A stretch of 64,000 nucleotides of DNA from Gemmatimonadales bacterium (GCA_025934955.1 JAICWE010000008.1:6947-70946), one strand, 5' to 3'; numbered from the stretch's first letter, positions 45,479 to 55,370 are shown. Notes: generated from the letters alone by a model not told the origin. Numbers and translations are program-made.

Positions 45479-46852
45479 CTACCCCGCGCGGTGCTCGACG
45501 ACGACGCGCTGCACCGCGCCCCGCAGCTTGACCCGGACCCGTGCGAGCAGCAGCAGCCCGACGACGACCAGCCCCGCCACCAGTCCCCACCAGAGCCCCA
45601 CCGGGCCCAGTGTGCTGCGAAAGCCGAGTGCGATGCTGATCGGGAGGCCGACGATCCAGAAGCCGAGCAGGTTGATGGCGAGCGGCACCGCGGTGTCGCC
45701 CATGCCGCGGAGCACGCCGCTCGCGACGACCTGGGTGCCGTCGAACACCTGGAAGACGCCGGCGACGGGGATGAGCGCGGCGGCGAGCGCCACCACCGCC
45801 GGGTCGGCCGAGTAGACCGACGCGAGCGCGGCGGGCACCGCGAGGAAGAGCACCGCCGTGAGCGTCATGAAGCCGACGCCGGTGACCAGCGCCGCGCGGG
45901 TGGCCGCCCGCGCGCCGGTCGCATCGCCGCGGCCCACCGCGCGGCCCACCAGCACCGCGCCGGCCTGTGCCACGCCGAGCGGCACCATGAAGGTGAACGA
46001 CGCGAGGTTGAGCGCGATCTGGTGCGCCGCGACCGGGACGGTGCCGAAGCGGCCCATGAGGAGCGCCACCACGCCGAACACCCCGAACTCGAGCTGCATC
46101 TGCCCGCCGATCGGCGCCCCGATCACGACCATCCGACGCAGCGGCGCCATGGCGAGTACCTCGGGATGCCGGGCGCGCAGTCGGTGGCCCAGCGCCGGCC
46201 ACGCCAGTGTGAGCAGCACGCCGAGCATCATCCAGCGGCTCGCGGTGGTGGCCCAGGCCGATCCGGCGACGCCGAGCGCCGGGCTGCCGAGATGCCCGAA
46301 GATGAGCACCCAGTTGAGCGCCAGGTTCACCACGTTGCCCACGACGATCGCCACGACGATGTCGCGCACCCGGCCCAGCGCCTGGAGCGTCTGCCGCAGC
46401 ACGACGAACGCGAGGAAGGGGAAGACGCCGGGAAGCTCGCGCACCACGTAGCGCGCCGCGAGCGGCACCACGCCGGCCGGCTGGCCCAGCGCTCCCAGCA
46501 CCGGCCCCACGGTGAGCAGCACCAGCGACGCCGGGATGCTGAGCACCAGCGCGAGCAGCACGCCGCGCTGGAGCCCGCGCTCCACCGCCGGCTCGTCGTG
46601 CGCGCCGACCGCCTGCGAGATGACCGGATCGAGCGCCAGCAGCACGCCCATCGCGAAGACGACGCAGGCAAAGAAGTAGATGTTGCCCAGCGCCACGCCG
46701 GCGAGCGCGGCGGCGCTGAGCCGGCCCACCATGATCGAGTCCACCACACCCATCGCCATGCTGCCGACCTGCACGACGACGATCGGCAGCGCCAGCGCGA
46801 GGAGCGAGCGCCACGGCCCGCTCGCGCGGGCCGCGGCGCGCTCAGAGCGCAC
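45479..46852 (-). CDS. MATE family efflux transporter
   Basis: I used the GTG at 46852, an 11-nt overlap with the upstream ABC gene. 12 TM helices and MATE motifs (LALALPIVVVQVGSMAMGVVDSIMVGRL). Confidence 0.88.
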   Translation of the reverse strand: MRSERAAARASGPWRSLLALALPIVVVQVGSMAMGVVDSIMVGRLSAAALAGVALGNIYFFACVVFAMGVLLALDPVISQAVGAHDEPAVERGLQRGVLLALVLSIPASLVLLTVGPVLGALGQPAGVVPLAARYVVRELPGVFPFLAFVVLRQTLQALGRVRDIVVAIVVGNVVNLALNWVLIFGHLGSPALGVAGSAWATTASRWMMLGVLLTLAWPALGHRLRARHPEVLAMAPLRRMVVIGAPIGGQMQLEFGVFGVVALLMGRFGTVPVAAHQIALNLASFTFMVPLGVAQAGAVLVGRAVGRGDATGARAATRAALVTGVGFMTLTAVLFLAVPAALASVYSADPAVVALAAALIPVAGVFQVFDGTQVVASGVLRGMGDTAVPLAINLLGFWIVGLPISIALGFRSTLGPVGLWWGLVAGLVVVGLLLLARVRVKLRGAVQRVVVEHRAG

Positions 46853-48767
46853 CGCCCCCTCCGCCGCGCGGCGCCTCCGCCGCGACCGTCGGCAGCTCGG
46901 GGGTGAAGTCCTCGCCCGGGTTGATGTAGCGGTCGGTCTCGAGGCCGTACTGCCGGTCGTAGAGTTGCCGATAGCGCCCGCCCAGCGCGAGGAGCTGGCG
47001 CTGGGTGCCGCGCTCCACGATCTCGCCGCCTTCGAGCACCAGGATCTGGTCGGCGCTCGCGATGGTCGAGAGCCGGTGCGCAATGACGAACGTCGTCCGC
47101 CCCTCGCGCAGCCGGCGGAGCCCGTCGCGGATCATCGCCTCGCTCTCGCTGTCGAGACTCGACGTCGCTTCGTCCAGCAGGAGAATGCGCGGGTCGGCGA
47201 GGATGGCGCGCGCGATCGCCACCCGCTGGCGCTGACCGCCGGAGAGCTTGACGCCGCGCTCGCCCACGATGGTATCGTAGCCCCGCTCCAGCCGGTCCAC
47301 GAACTCGTCGCAGTGCGCCACCACCGCCGCATCGAGGATTTCCCGGCGCGACGCGCCCGGCTTGGAGAAGGCGATGTTCTCCGCGATGGTGCCGTCGAAG
47401 AGGAAGTTGTCCTGCAGCACCACGCCGAGCTGCGAGCGGTACTCGCGCAGGCGGAAGTCGCCGAGATCGTGATCGTCCACGGTGATCCGCCCGGCCGTGG
47501 GCCGGTTGAACGCCATCACCAGCGAGAGCAGCGTGCTCTTTCCCGATCCGCTCGAGCCCACCAGCGCGGTGGTCGAGCCGGCCGGCGCGTGGAAGGTCAC
47601 GTCGCGCAGCACCGGCACGCCGGGATCGTACTCGAACCAGACGTGCTCGAAGCGCACGTCACCGCGGAGCTCGGGCACCTCGGCGCGGCCGGCGTCGTCG
47701 GCGTCCTCGGTGAGGACGTTGCGGATCTCGCGGATCCGGTCGAGGCCGGCGAACGCCTCGCTCACCTGGGTGCCGATCGAGGCGATCTGCACCAGCGGCG
47801 CCGCCACCAGCCCGATGAAGAAGACGTACATCACGAAGTCGCCCAGGGTCATGGTGCCGGCCAGGATCGCGCGGCCGCCGACCAGGATGAGCAGCACGCC
47901 GACGATGCCCACGATGATCGTGGTGCCGGCGCCGACCGCGCTGGTGCCGGTGATGGTCCGCGCGATGTTGCGGTAGAGCCGGTGCACCCCGCGCGCGAAC
48001 ACCAGCCGCTCCCGCCGCTCCGCGGTGTACGTCTTCACCAGCCGGATCCCCCCGATCGTCTCCGCCAGGCGTCCCGTCACCTCGGCGTTGATCGCGCCGC
48101 GCTCGCGGAAGATCGGCCGCAGCCGCTTGAACGCGAACGCCATCATGCTGCCGAAGCTGACCAGCACTACGAGCGTGGCGATGGTGAGCCGCCAGTTGAG
48201 CCAGAACAGCACGCCCAGCGCGATCGCCGCGGTGACGAAGCCACCGACCAGCTGCACCAGCCCGGTGCCGACCAGATTCCGCACGCCCTCGGCGTCGGTC
48301 ATGATGCGGGAGATGAGCACGCCGCTCTTGGTCGAGTCGAAGTAGCTCACCGGCAGCCGCAGCACGTGCGCCTCGACGTCCTTGCGCATGTCGGTGATGG
48401 CGCGCTGCGCCGCCACGCTCATCACCTGCGAGAGCGCGAATGACGTGACCGCCTGCACCAGCGTCGCGAGCCCCGCCGCCGCCGCGATCCAGCCGAGCAG
48501 GCCGGCGCGGTGCTCCTTGATCACATGGTCGATGAGGTACTTCGAGCTGGCCGGAAGGACGAGACCCGAGAGCCGGTTGACCAGCATCAGCGCGAGCCCC
48601 AGCGCGAGCTGCCCGCGGTGCGCCCACATCAACTCCCGCGCCTCGCGCCAGACGGCGCCGGCGGTGAGCTTCGGCTTCTTCCCGCGCGCACCCGCCGCGC
48701 CGCCCGGCGTGCGTTCGCCGAAGCGGGCGACACCCGCGCCACGCGCCATCCTGTTCGCCACCGTCAC
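46842..48767 (-). CDS. ABC exporter, fused permease/ATPase (MsbA-like)
   Basis: 6-TM ABC_membrane domain. Walker A GSSGSGKST, signature LSGGQRQR, Walker B ILLLDEATS. Confidence 0.9.
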   Translation of the reverse strand: MTVANRMARGAGVARFGERTPGGAAGARGKKPKLTAGAVWREARELMWAHRGQLALGLALMLVNRLSGLVLPASSKYLIDHVIKEHRAGLLGWIAAAAGLATLVQAVTSFALSQVMSVAAQRAITDMRKDVEAHVLRLPVSYFDSTKSGVLISRIMTDAEGVRNLVGTGLVQLVGGFVTAAIALGVLFWLNWRLTIATLVVLVSFGSMMAFAFKRLRPIFRERGAINAEVTGRLAETIGGIRLVKTYTAERRERLVFARGVHRLYRNIARTITGTSAVGAGTTIIVGIVGVLLILVGGRAILAGTMTLGDFVMYVFFIGLVAAPLVQIASIGTQVSEAFAGLDRIREIRNVLTEDADDAGRAEVPELRGDVRFEHVWFEYDPGVPVLRDVTFHAPAGSTTALVGSSGSGKSTLLSLVMAFNRPTAGRITVDDHDLGDFRLREYRSQLGVVLQDNFLFDGTIAENIAFSKPGASRREILDAAVVAHCDEFVDRLERGYDTIVGERGVKLSGGQRQRVAIARAILADPRILLLDEATSSLDSESEAMIRDGLRRLREGRTTFVIAHRLSTIASADQILVLEGGEIVERGTQRQLLALGGRYRQLYDRQYGLETDRYINPGEDFTPELPTVAAEAPRGGGGGAL

Positions 48768-48831
48768 CTCGCTGAGCGCCGACCACCCGCCGGCGGGACA
48801 GGGAGTGTAATCGGGTCGGGGGCGGGAGCGC

Positions 48832-50046
48832 TCAGGTCGGGATCAGCACTCGCTGGTCGGAGCGCGCCGTGACCGCGGCCGGCATCGGAAGGCGCACGCG
48901 AAGCCGCTGGCAGAGCGCGGCGAAGTGCCGCAGGAAGTTGTCGCGGCTGTGCGTCGCCGCGACCCACGCCTGCCCGGCGTCCGCGAGCTGCGCCCGGCGG
49001 CCGGAATCGTCGAGCAGCGCGCGAATGGCCGCGACGTACGCGTCCACACCGGCGAGCCCGTCGCCCAGATAATCGCCGACGTAGGTGCCGTAACGGGAGA
49101 CCACGCCGTCGGGATCGAGACCCGCCACCAGCGGCGTGCCGTGCGCCAGCGCCTCGAGGAAGGAGATGGCGAGCCCCTCGTGGATCGAGGTGTTCACCAG
49201 CAGCCACGCCGCGCTGAGGAGCTCGGCCTTGCGCGGGCCGTCCACGTGACCCATCAGCTTGACGTTCGGCGGCAGATCCGTCGCGGTCCACGTTCCCGGC
49301 CCCGGCGTGTAGTGCGCCTGACCCAGCAGGTAGATGTCCACGTCCGGCATCCGCCGCCCGATCGCCGCCATGACCCACGGCCGCTTGATCGGATCCAGCC
49401 GTCCCAGGAACACCAGCGACGGGCGCGCACTCTTGGGCGCCGGGTCGCTCGGCTTGCCGATGATGTTCGGAAGGAGCGGCAGCTCGCGCAGCGGCACGCC
49501 GTAGGTACCCTCGACCCGGGCGACCAGGTGTGGCGCCGGCGACACGAATGCGATGCGCCGGCCGGTGAGCCGCGCGATCCGCATGATCCGGCGGAGCCGG
49601 GTGGTGTCGGGGTGGCCGACACCGCGCGCCATCGAGCTGTCGCCGGGCACCCGGACCGTCGCGATGCGGCGCGCATCCTCCGGCGTCCACGGATCGCGGA
49701 CCCAGATGGCGATCGGCGTGCGCGGCAGGCTCAGGAAAATGCGATCGTAGCGCGGCCGGTAATCGATGGTGAGCAGCATGTCGGGCCGCGCCGCCCGGAT
49801 GGCGCGGCAGTGCTGGATCAGCACCCGGCGACCGTCGTGGTCGTAGGGGATGACCGGGTGGCCGTGAACCTGTTCCACCCGCGGCTCACCCCCGAAGCGG
49901 GGCTCGCCGGCGAAGGTGGTGACGCGGACGCCCAGCTCGGGCGTGCGGTCGACGCAGCGGATGACGGAGCGGCTGGCGAATCCGAAGCCGCCCATCCGGC
50001 CGACGGCGGCGTCGAAGAACTCGCAGGTGACGAGGCCGAGATGCAT
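48832..50046 (-). CDS. Glycosyltransferase, GT-B fold (GT4-like)
   Basis: I used the ATG at 50046 (MHLGLVTCEFF). C-terminal EGLAISFLEALAHGTPLVA motif. Confidence 0.85.
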   Translation of the reverse strand: MHLGLVTCEFFDAAVGRMGGFGFASRSVIRCVDRTPELGVRVTTFAGEPRFGGEPRVEQVHGHPVIPYDHDGRRVLIQHCRAIRAARPDMLLTIDYRPRYDRIFLSLPRTPIAIWVRDPWTPEDARRIATVRVPGDSSMARGVGHPDTTRLRRIMRIARLTGRRIAFVSPAPHLVARVEGTYGVPLRELPLLPNIIGKPSDPAPKSARPSLVFLGRLDPIKRPWVMAAIGRRMPDVDIYLLGQAHYTPGPGTWTATDLPPNVKLMGHVDGPRKAELLSAAWLLVNTSIHEGLAISFLEALAHGTPLVAGLDPDGVVSRYGTYVGDYLGDGLAGVDAYVAAIRALLDDSGRRAQLADAGQAWVAATHSRDNFLRHFAALCQRLRVRLPMPAAVTARSDQRVLIPT

Positions 50047-50153
50047 GCCGTTTCGGGTTCGGGAAATGAATGAACGTGGTGATCCGAAGATACCCCGGCA
50101 ACCGCGCAGCGGAACCGGGGTCTCGCCGGCCGCGTGCAAGATCCGGACGAGCG

Positions 50154-50672
50154 CTAGCGGCGGCCTCCCCGCCCGCGATCATCCCGGTCCGCCGGCCGCG
50201 CCCGGGCCCGCGCTTCCGCCTCGGCTTCGGCCCGGCGGAGCATGCGCTGCGGATCCACCTTCTGAGCGCCGGCCCGGGGGGCGCCCGCCTTGAACGCCGG
50301 CTCGCCGCCCTCCATTGATATCGTGAGCGGCCGTCCACCCTTCACCTCGTAGGCGCCGGCGACCTCGTCGCCCATGGCCGCGGCCGCCTTCACCCGCTCG
50401 GCCAGCGCGTCCTTGGAGGCCACGCCTTCGAGACTGTAGCTCGAGGTACCGCTGGCCGCGGCAACCTTGAGCAGCAGCGCGTAGCGGGCGCCGGCGAGGT
50501 GGCGCACCGAGCGCGGCTCCGCCTTCGTCGTCTCGCGGGCCCACCGCACGGCCTCCTGCTCGTCCTTCGCCAGCGCTGCGGCGGGAGACGCGGCGCGGGT
50601 GGTGCTCGCGGCGCGCGTGCGCGCTTCGCGGGCCTCACGCATGCGGCGCAGGTATTCGGGTTCGTCGCTCAT
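50154..50672 (-). CDS. Hypothetical protein (172 aa)
   Basis: I used the ATG at 50672 (MSDEPEYLRRMREARE). High GC3 and a balanced charged composition. No family recognised. Confidence 0.5.
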   Translation of the reverse strand: MSDEPEYLRRMREAREARTRAASTTRAASPAAALAKDEQEAVRWARETTKAEPRSVRHLAGARYALLLKVAAASGTSSYSLEGVASKDALAERVKAAAAMGDEVAGAYEVKGGRPLTISMEGGEPAFKAGAPRAGAQKVDPQRMLRRAEAEAEARARARPADRDDRGRGGRR

Positions 50673-50791
50673 GACCGCCTCACGGATGATCGCAGTAGGA
50701 CGCATTGACAAAATGAAGCCGGGGGCAGGATAGTGTATCCCGCCCCCGGCTTCAATGGGTTCGGCGGCGCCGCGCGGCGCCGCCCCGGTGC

Positions 50792-51706
50792 TCAGTCCTC
50801 GACGAGGATCAGGTACTTCGACGCCGCCCAGAACGAATCGGGCGATGAGATCTCGACGGAGCCGTGCACCTTGCCATCCTTCATCGAGCTCTGCGCCAGG
50901 TAGTCGGCGCTCTGCCGCGACACGATCTTGTACTCCTTGTCCTGGCTCGGAAGCGCGATGGTCATGTCCTTGGTCTTGTCCAGCGGCGTGAACGCCTCGG
51001 TCGGCAGCGCGCGGGCCGGCTCGAGGTGGTGCCCGCCGAAGAACAGGAACTTGGAGCCTTCGCTGGTCAGCACGCCCTTCGCGATCAGCTCCTTCTTGGT
51101 GCCGACCACGTAGTACACCCGGTTCTTCTCGGTGGTGAGCTGCGAGACCGTGTCGGTGAGCGCCGTGTTGCTGACGGTCAGACGGCCGTTCTGCGCGGTG
51201 GCGGTGTCGACCTGCTCCTTGAGCGCCACGATCTCGCCCTGCTGCCGCTGCAGCTCGGCCTGCTGCTGCTCGGCCGACGCCTTGAGATCGGCGATGGTCT
51301 TCTGGTAGTCGTCGATCTGCGCCAGCAGACGGGCGTCCTTCTTCCGCATGGTGCCGAGGCGCGACTTGGCTTGGGACAGCTGGGTCTCGCTGGTGTTCAG
51401 GCGGGTGATCAGCTGGTCGATGCGCGCCAGCGTCTCGGTGCGCAGCTCGCGGTCGCGCTGCGGGCCCGGCACACCACGGTCGGCGGTGGGCTGCGTCGCG
51501 GGGCCGATGCCCTTCGCCTTCGCCAGTTCCTTGTTCACATCGTTGACGAAGCCGGATACGGCGAGGACTTCGGTCAGCAGGCTGTCCTTCTCCGCGGCGG
51601 TGCTCTTCGCTTCGGAGAGCGCGGCGTTGAGCTCCTTCTCGTGGGTGTTGCACCCGACGGCGGCGAAGGAGACCAGGGCGAGCAGGGTCCAGGCGTGGCG
51701 CTTCAT
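50792..51706 (-). CDS. Coiled-coil lipoprotein, hypothetical
   Basis: Lipobox LVSFAAVGC. About 170 aa of heptad-rich coiled coil. A conserved-looking C-terminal globular part (RVYYVVGTKKELIAKGVLT...). Confidence 0.8.
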   Translation of the reverse strand: MKRHAWTLLALVSFAAVGCNTHEKELNAALSEAKSTAAEKDSLLTEVLAVSGFVNDVNKELAKAKGIGPATQPTADRGVPGPQRDRELRTETLARIDQLITRLNTSETQLSQAKSRLGTMRKKDARLLAQIDDYQKTIADLKASAEQQQAELQRQQGEIVALKEQVDTATAQNGRLTVSNTALTDTVSQLTTEKNRVYYVVGTKKELIAKGVLTSEGSKFLFFGGHHLEPARALPTEAFTPLDKTKDMTIALPSQDKEYKIVSRQSADYLAQSSMKDGKVHGSVEISSPDSFWAASKYLILVED

Positions 51707-52141
51707 AGGTCCTCGAAAAGCGGGGATGTGGTACGACAGCGATCCGAACCCCGTTGTCGCAGGGCCGTCGCGGGAACAAACGAATGTGAATCAGCTTGGA
51801 CGGCGCGAACCTAAAGCCGGGTGACCCCGCCTTCCGTGATCTGCATCACACCCGGCAGATCGGTATGACGGGCCATCTTGCATTCCTCCCAACTCCCCGC
51901 CGCTTTCCTCCCGGCCGCATCGTTCCTGAACTGTGGCCTTTCATGACAGTTGTGGTACGGCCGGGAAGTGCCGGTAACTTATTGAAGCGGACAAGCATGA
52001 GTCAAGCACCGGAACCGGCCGGACGGCCTTTGTGATGCCTTTTCCGACGAATAGCACGAATCTCGCGTTCCGGGCGACGTCGCTGTCCCATCCGGCCGGC
52101 ATCGTCGCCGCCGCAGCCTCTCAATCCGCAGAGCGTGAGAT

Positions 52142-53590
52142 ATGTATCGCATCGAGCTGGCCCCGGGCGAAGAGGCGATTTTCAAGTCCATGGACGAGAT
52201 GGTCACCGGCATCCGCGGCGGCCTGATCAAGGACCACGCGCGGATCTGGCACAAGAGCACCGAGAAGTGGCTCCCCATCGAGTTCCACCCGCACTACAAG
52301 ATCGCCAGGGAGAAGGTCGCGACCGGCACCGCGCCGGCGCCGGCGGTCGCGCCGCTGCGACTCGATCCGCGCCATGCGCCGGCGCCCGTCGCCCACGCTG
52401 AGCCGGCGGTGGAACCCGCGCCGGCGCCGATGCCGCCGCTCCCTGCCATGCCGGAGCCCGAAGCCGCGCCCGCGTACGCCGCCACGACCGCTGAGCCGTC
52501 GGGCTTGCTCGCGCTGGCCGACGAGCCCGCGATGCCGACGCCGGCGCCGCTCCCGGCGGACGAGGCGGAGTTCATCTCACTCGACTCACTCGACGCGTCG
52601 CCCGGCGCAGCGCCGGTGGACGAACTCGCCGCGCTCGAACTCGATCCTCTACCCGCCGGCGGCCGCCGCCGGGTGCGCACGCTCGGCCTGATCGGCGGGC
52701 TCGCGATCGTAGCCGTCGCCGGCGGCGCGTGGGCGCTGCACCGCTCCCCGGCGCAGCCGACGCCTGCCACCGCGCGTCCGAAGGAGACGACGACCAGCTT
52801 CGCCGGCTCTCCCGCCGTGGCCGCCGCCGCGGCTCCCGCGCCGGCGCCGATGTCGAGTCTCCCGGCGAGCACACTGGCGGATGAACCCTTGCCCGAGCCG
52901 AGCCATGCCGACGCGGCGTCGCACCACGCCGCCGGAGACAGCATCGTCCCGGCGGTGCTGCCGCGGCCGGCGGTGAGCGCGGGCCCGATCACCGTCGCCA
53001 TGCCGACGGAGTCGGCGGCGGCCGGAGCGATGACGCCGGCGGCATTCGGCGGCCGCTACGCCGCCGCATACGAGAAGGCACGCGATGACTTCGAGAAGGG
53101 CCTCTCGGTGTTCGGCTTCGGCAACATCTTCGTCGCGTCGCGCCTCGCCGCCGGCGACGGCGTGCCCGCGACACGGAGCGCGATCAGCGCCGCCGACAAC
53201 CTGCTGCGCACCTTCCGCAAGCAGACCGACGGGATCGAGCGCGCGTACCACGATTCACTCGAGGTGATCTCGCATCGGAACAACTGGTCGCTCGAGCAGC
53301 TGCACGCGTGGGAGGCGGCATCGCAGGTCGAGGGCGCCGAGGTGCAGCTCGTCGGCAGCTCGCTGCTGAAGGCGACCGGCGCGATGTACGACCTGCTCGC
53401 CGCGCAGGCCGGCGAGTACAAGGTGAACGGCAGCTCGATCAGCTTCGACGACCCGCAGGCGGCGCGCGACTACGGCGCGCTGCGGCAGCAGATCCAGCAG
53501 CTCCTCGTCTCGAAGAGCGCGGCCGGCAACACCAGCGCGGGTCGCCTCGCCAAGGCGATCGGCAGCGCGCGCCCGCCGGTGGAGAGCTGA
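52142..53590 (+). CDS. Membrane-anchored hypothetical protein with GYF_2-like N-terminal domain
   Basis: The N-terminus is MYRIELAPGEEAIFKSMDEMVTGIRGGLIKDHARIWHKSTEKWLPIEF. A Pro/Ala-rich linker and one TM helix (LGLIGGLAIVAVAGGAWAL) follow. The C-terminal domain is helical and about 190 aa long. Confidence 0.7.
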   Translation: MYRIELAPGEEAIFKSMDEMVTGIRGGLIKDHARIWHKSTEKWLPIEFHPHYKIAREKVATGTAPAPAVAPLRLDPRHAPAPVAHAEPAVEPAPAPMPPLPAMPEPEAAPAYAATTAEPSGLLALADEPAMPTPAPLPADEAEFISLDSLDASPGAAPVDELAALELDPLPAGGRRRVRTLGLIGGLAIVAVAGGAWALHRSPAQPTPATARPKETTTSFAGSPAVAAAAAPAPAPMSSLPASTLADEPLPEPSHADAASHHAAGDSIVPAVLPRPAVSAGPITVAMPTESAAAGAMTPAAFGGRYAAAYEKARDDFEKGLSVFGFGNIFVASRLAAGDGVPATRSAISAADNLLRTFRKQTDGIERAYHDSLEVISHRNNWSLEQLHAWEAASQVEGAEVQLVGSSLLKATGAMYDLLAAQAGEYKVNGSSISFDDPQAARDYGALRQQIQQLLVSKSAAGNTSAGRLAKAIGSARPPVES

Positions 53591-53657
53591 GCGGCGCCCC
53601 CTCCGGTGTGGGCGGCCTCACCGCTCGCGGTGACTCGGCCGGTGTAGCGTTGGACGC

Positions 53658-54728
53658 ATGTCCGCTCCGCCCGTCGTCGCGTCGGTGCTCGACCAGCTCG
53701 GCGCCCGCGCCACGCGCCTGACGCTCGACATCGGCGGCGGCGCGCTGGCGCTCACCAGTCTCGACAAGCCGCTCTGGCCCGCCGCCGGCCGGCGCGGCGC
53801 CCTCACCAAGCGCGATCTTCTGGAGTATCTCGCCCGCGTCTCGCCGTATCTCCTGCCTCACGTCGCCGGCCGCCCGGTGTTCGTCACCCGCTTCCCCAAC
53901 GGCATCAGCGGCAAGCGTTTCTTCCAGAAGGTGTGGAAGGAGCCGCCGGCGTTCGTGCGCACCGTGCGGATCTGGGCCGAGGACAAGCGGGAGGATCGCG
54001 ACTACCTCCTGTGCGACAATCTCGCGACGCTGCTGTGGCTCGGACAGCAGGCCGCGCTGGAGCTGCATGCATGGTTTTCGAGGATCGTGGCCGGTGGCGA
54101 TGCCGGCCGGCGGCCGCGCACGTTCACCGGCTCCGAGGCGGCGCTGGAGCGGTCGGTGCTCAACTACCCCGACTTCCTTGTGGTGGATCTCGACCCCTAC
54201 GTGTACAGCGGACGCGAGGGCAAGGGTGACGAGCCGGAGCTCAACCGGAAGGCGTTCGCGCAGGTGCGCGACCTGGCGCTCCGCCTGCGCGACCTGATCG
54301 CGCGGCTCGGTCTCGAGGCGTACATCAAGACCTCGGGACGCACCGGGCTGCACCTCTACCTCCCGATCGAGCGGCGCTTCACCTACGACGAGGTGCGCGC
54401 GGCGGCGGAGCGCCTCGGACGCACCGTGGAGCGGCAACTGCCGGATCGGGTGACGCTCGCCTGGCACGTGGCGGAGCGGCGGGGGAAGATCTTCTTCGAT
54501 CACAACCAGAACAGCCGCGGCAAGTCGCTGGCGGCGGCGTACTCGCCGCGGCGGCACCCGGAGGGCACCGTCTCGACGCCGCTCGAGTGGGACGAGCTCG
54601 AGCGGGTCTATCCCACCGACTTCACGCTCCGCACGGTGCCGGCACGTCTCGCCGAGCGCGGCGATCCGTGGGAGCGCATCCTCGAACGGAAGCGGTCGCT
54701 CGAGCCGATCCTCGCGGCGAACGACTGA
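53658..54728 (+). CDS. NHEJ DNA polymerase/primase, LigD polymerase domain (stand-alone)
   Basis: LTSLDKPLWP, TKRDLLEYLARVSPYLLPHVAGRPVFVTRFPNG, FLVVDLDP, IKTSGRTGLHLYLP, IFFDHNQNSRGKSLAAAYSPR, and PLEWDEL. These match the LigD-Pol pattern across the full length. Confidence 0.9.
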   Translation: MSAPPVVASVLDQLGARATRLTLDIGGGALALTSLDKPLWPAAGRRGALTKRDLLEYLARVSPYLLPHVAGRPVFVTRFPNGISGKRFFQKVWKEPPAFVRTVRIWAEDKREDRDYLLCDNLATLLWLGQQAALELHAWFSRIVAGGDAGRRPRTFTGSEAALERSVLNYPDFLVVDLDPYVYSGREGKGDEPELNRKAFAQVRDLALRLRDLIARLGLEAYIKTSGRTGLHLYLPIERRFTYDEVRAAAERLGRTVERQLPDRVTLAWHVAERRGKIFFDHNQNSRGKSLAAAYSPRRHPEGTVSTPLEWDELERVYPTDFTLRTVPARLAERGDPWERILERKRSLEPILAAND

Positions 54729-54740
54729 CGACCGCCGGCT

Positions 54741-55094
54741 TCAGCGCGACCGGCTGCTCTTCGAGCGGGCCCGCGTGCTCTTCCGCGTGCTCTTGCTCCG
54801 ATTCCGCTTCCGCGTCGCCGCGGCCTTCTTTGCCGAGCGGCTCCGCGCGGCGGCCGGCCGGGATGCCGATGCCCGTCCGCCCTTCCGCCCGCCTTTGCGG
54901 CTCGGCGCCTTGCTCTTCTTCTTTCCCCGCCCCGACCCGCTCTTCTTCCCGCCGCCGCTTTCCTTATTCACCGTGGCCCAGGCGCGGCGCTCGGCCTCTC
55001 CCTTCGAGGTGCCGCGATGCTCGTAGCCTTCTTCGATGTGCCGGGCTTCCCGGCGCTGCTTGCTGGTGTAGGACGACTTGTCTCCGCGGGGCAT
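54741..55094 (-). CDS. Small conserved protein with a highly basic Lys/Arg/Ser-rich tail
   Basis: The N-terminal ~45 aa are MPRGDKSSYTSKQRREARHIEEGYEHRGTSKGEAERRAWATVNK. A ~70-aa K/R/S/G/A tail follows. The conserved-family call is from memory only. Confidence 0.7.
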   Translation of the reverse strand: MPRGDKSSYTSKQRREARHIEEGYEHRGTSKGEAERRAWATVNKESGGGKKSGSGRGKKKSKAPSRKGGRKGGRASASRPAAARSRSAKKAAATRKRNRSKSTRKSTRARSKSSRSR

Positions 55095-55345
55095 CAGTCC
55101 TCCGAATCAGGCATGACACGATTTACCGACGACACGCGCCCGTCGAGGCACGCACGAGCGAATCGGCGCCGGCAGAATGAGGGGAGGAGAGCCTGAGAAC
55201 CCGGTTACCCGATTGCACACCACCCTGGGTCAGTCACCACCACCCCACCAGCCACCATCCGGATTCCCAGGCCCGCGACAACATGGAGCGCGCCTGCCGT
55301 TGCGGCTGTGAAGTGGGTCACACGACGCGGCGTGAAAAGGTGGGT

Positions 55346-55370
55346 GGAACGGGCCGGATCGGCCCGTTCC
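55346..55370 (-). terminator. Strong GC hairpin, candidate minus-strand terminator or RNA 3' end
   Basis: GGAACGGGCC-GGATC-GGCCCGTTCC, a perfect 10-11 bp stem. On the minus strand it is followed by ACCCACCTTTTCAC, so the T-tract is not immediately adjacent. Confidence 0.35.

Noticed and set aside
45426-46814. N-terminal 460-aa extension of the DUF1015 ORF (the track ORF 44199-46814 is 871 aa).
   Set aside because: The extension is out of frame with the MATE transporter encoded on the same strand and is not protein-like. DUF1015 homology starts at the internal ATG at 45425.
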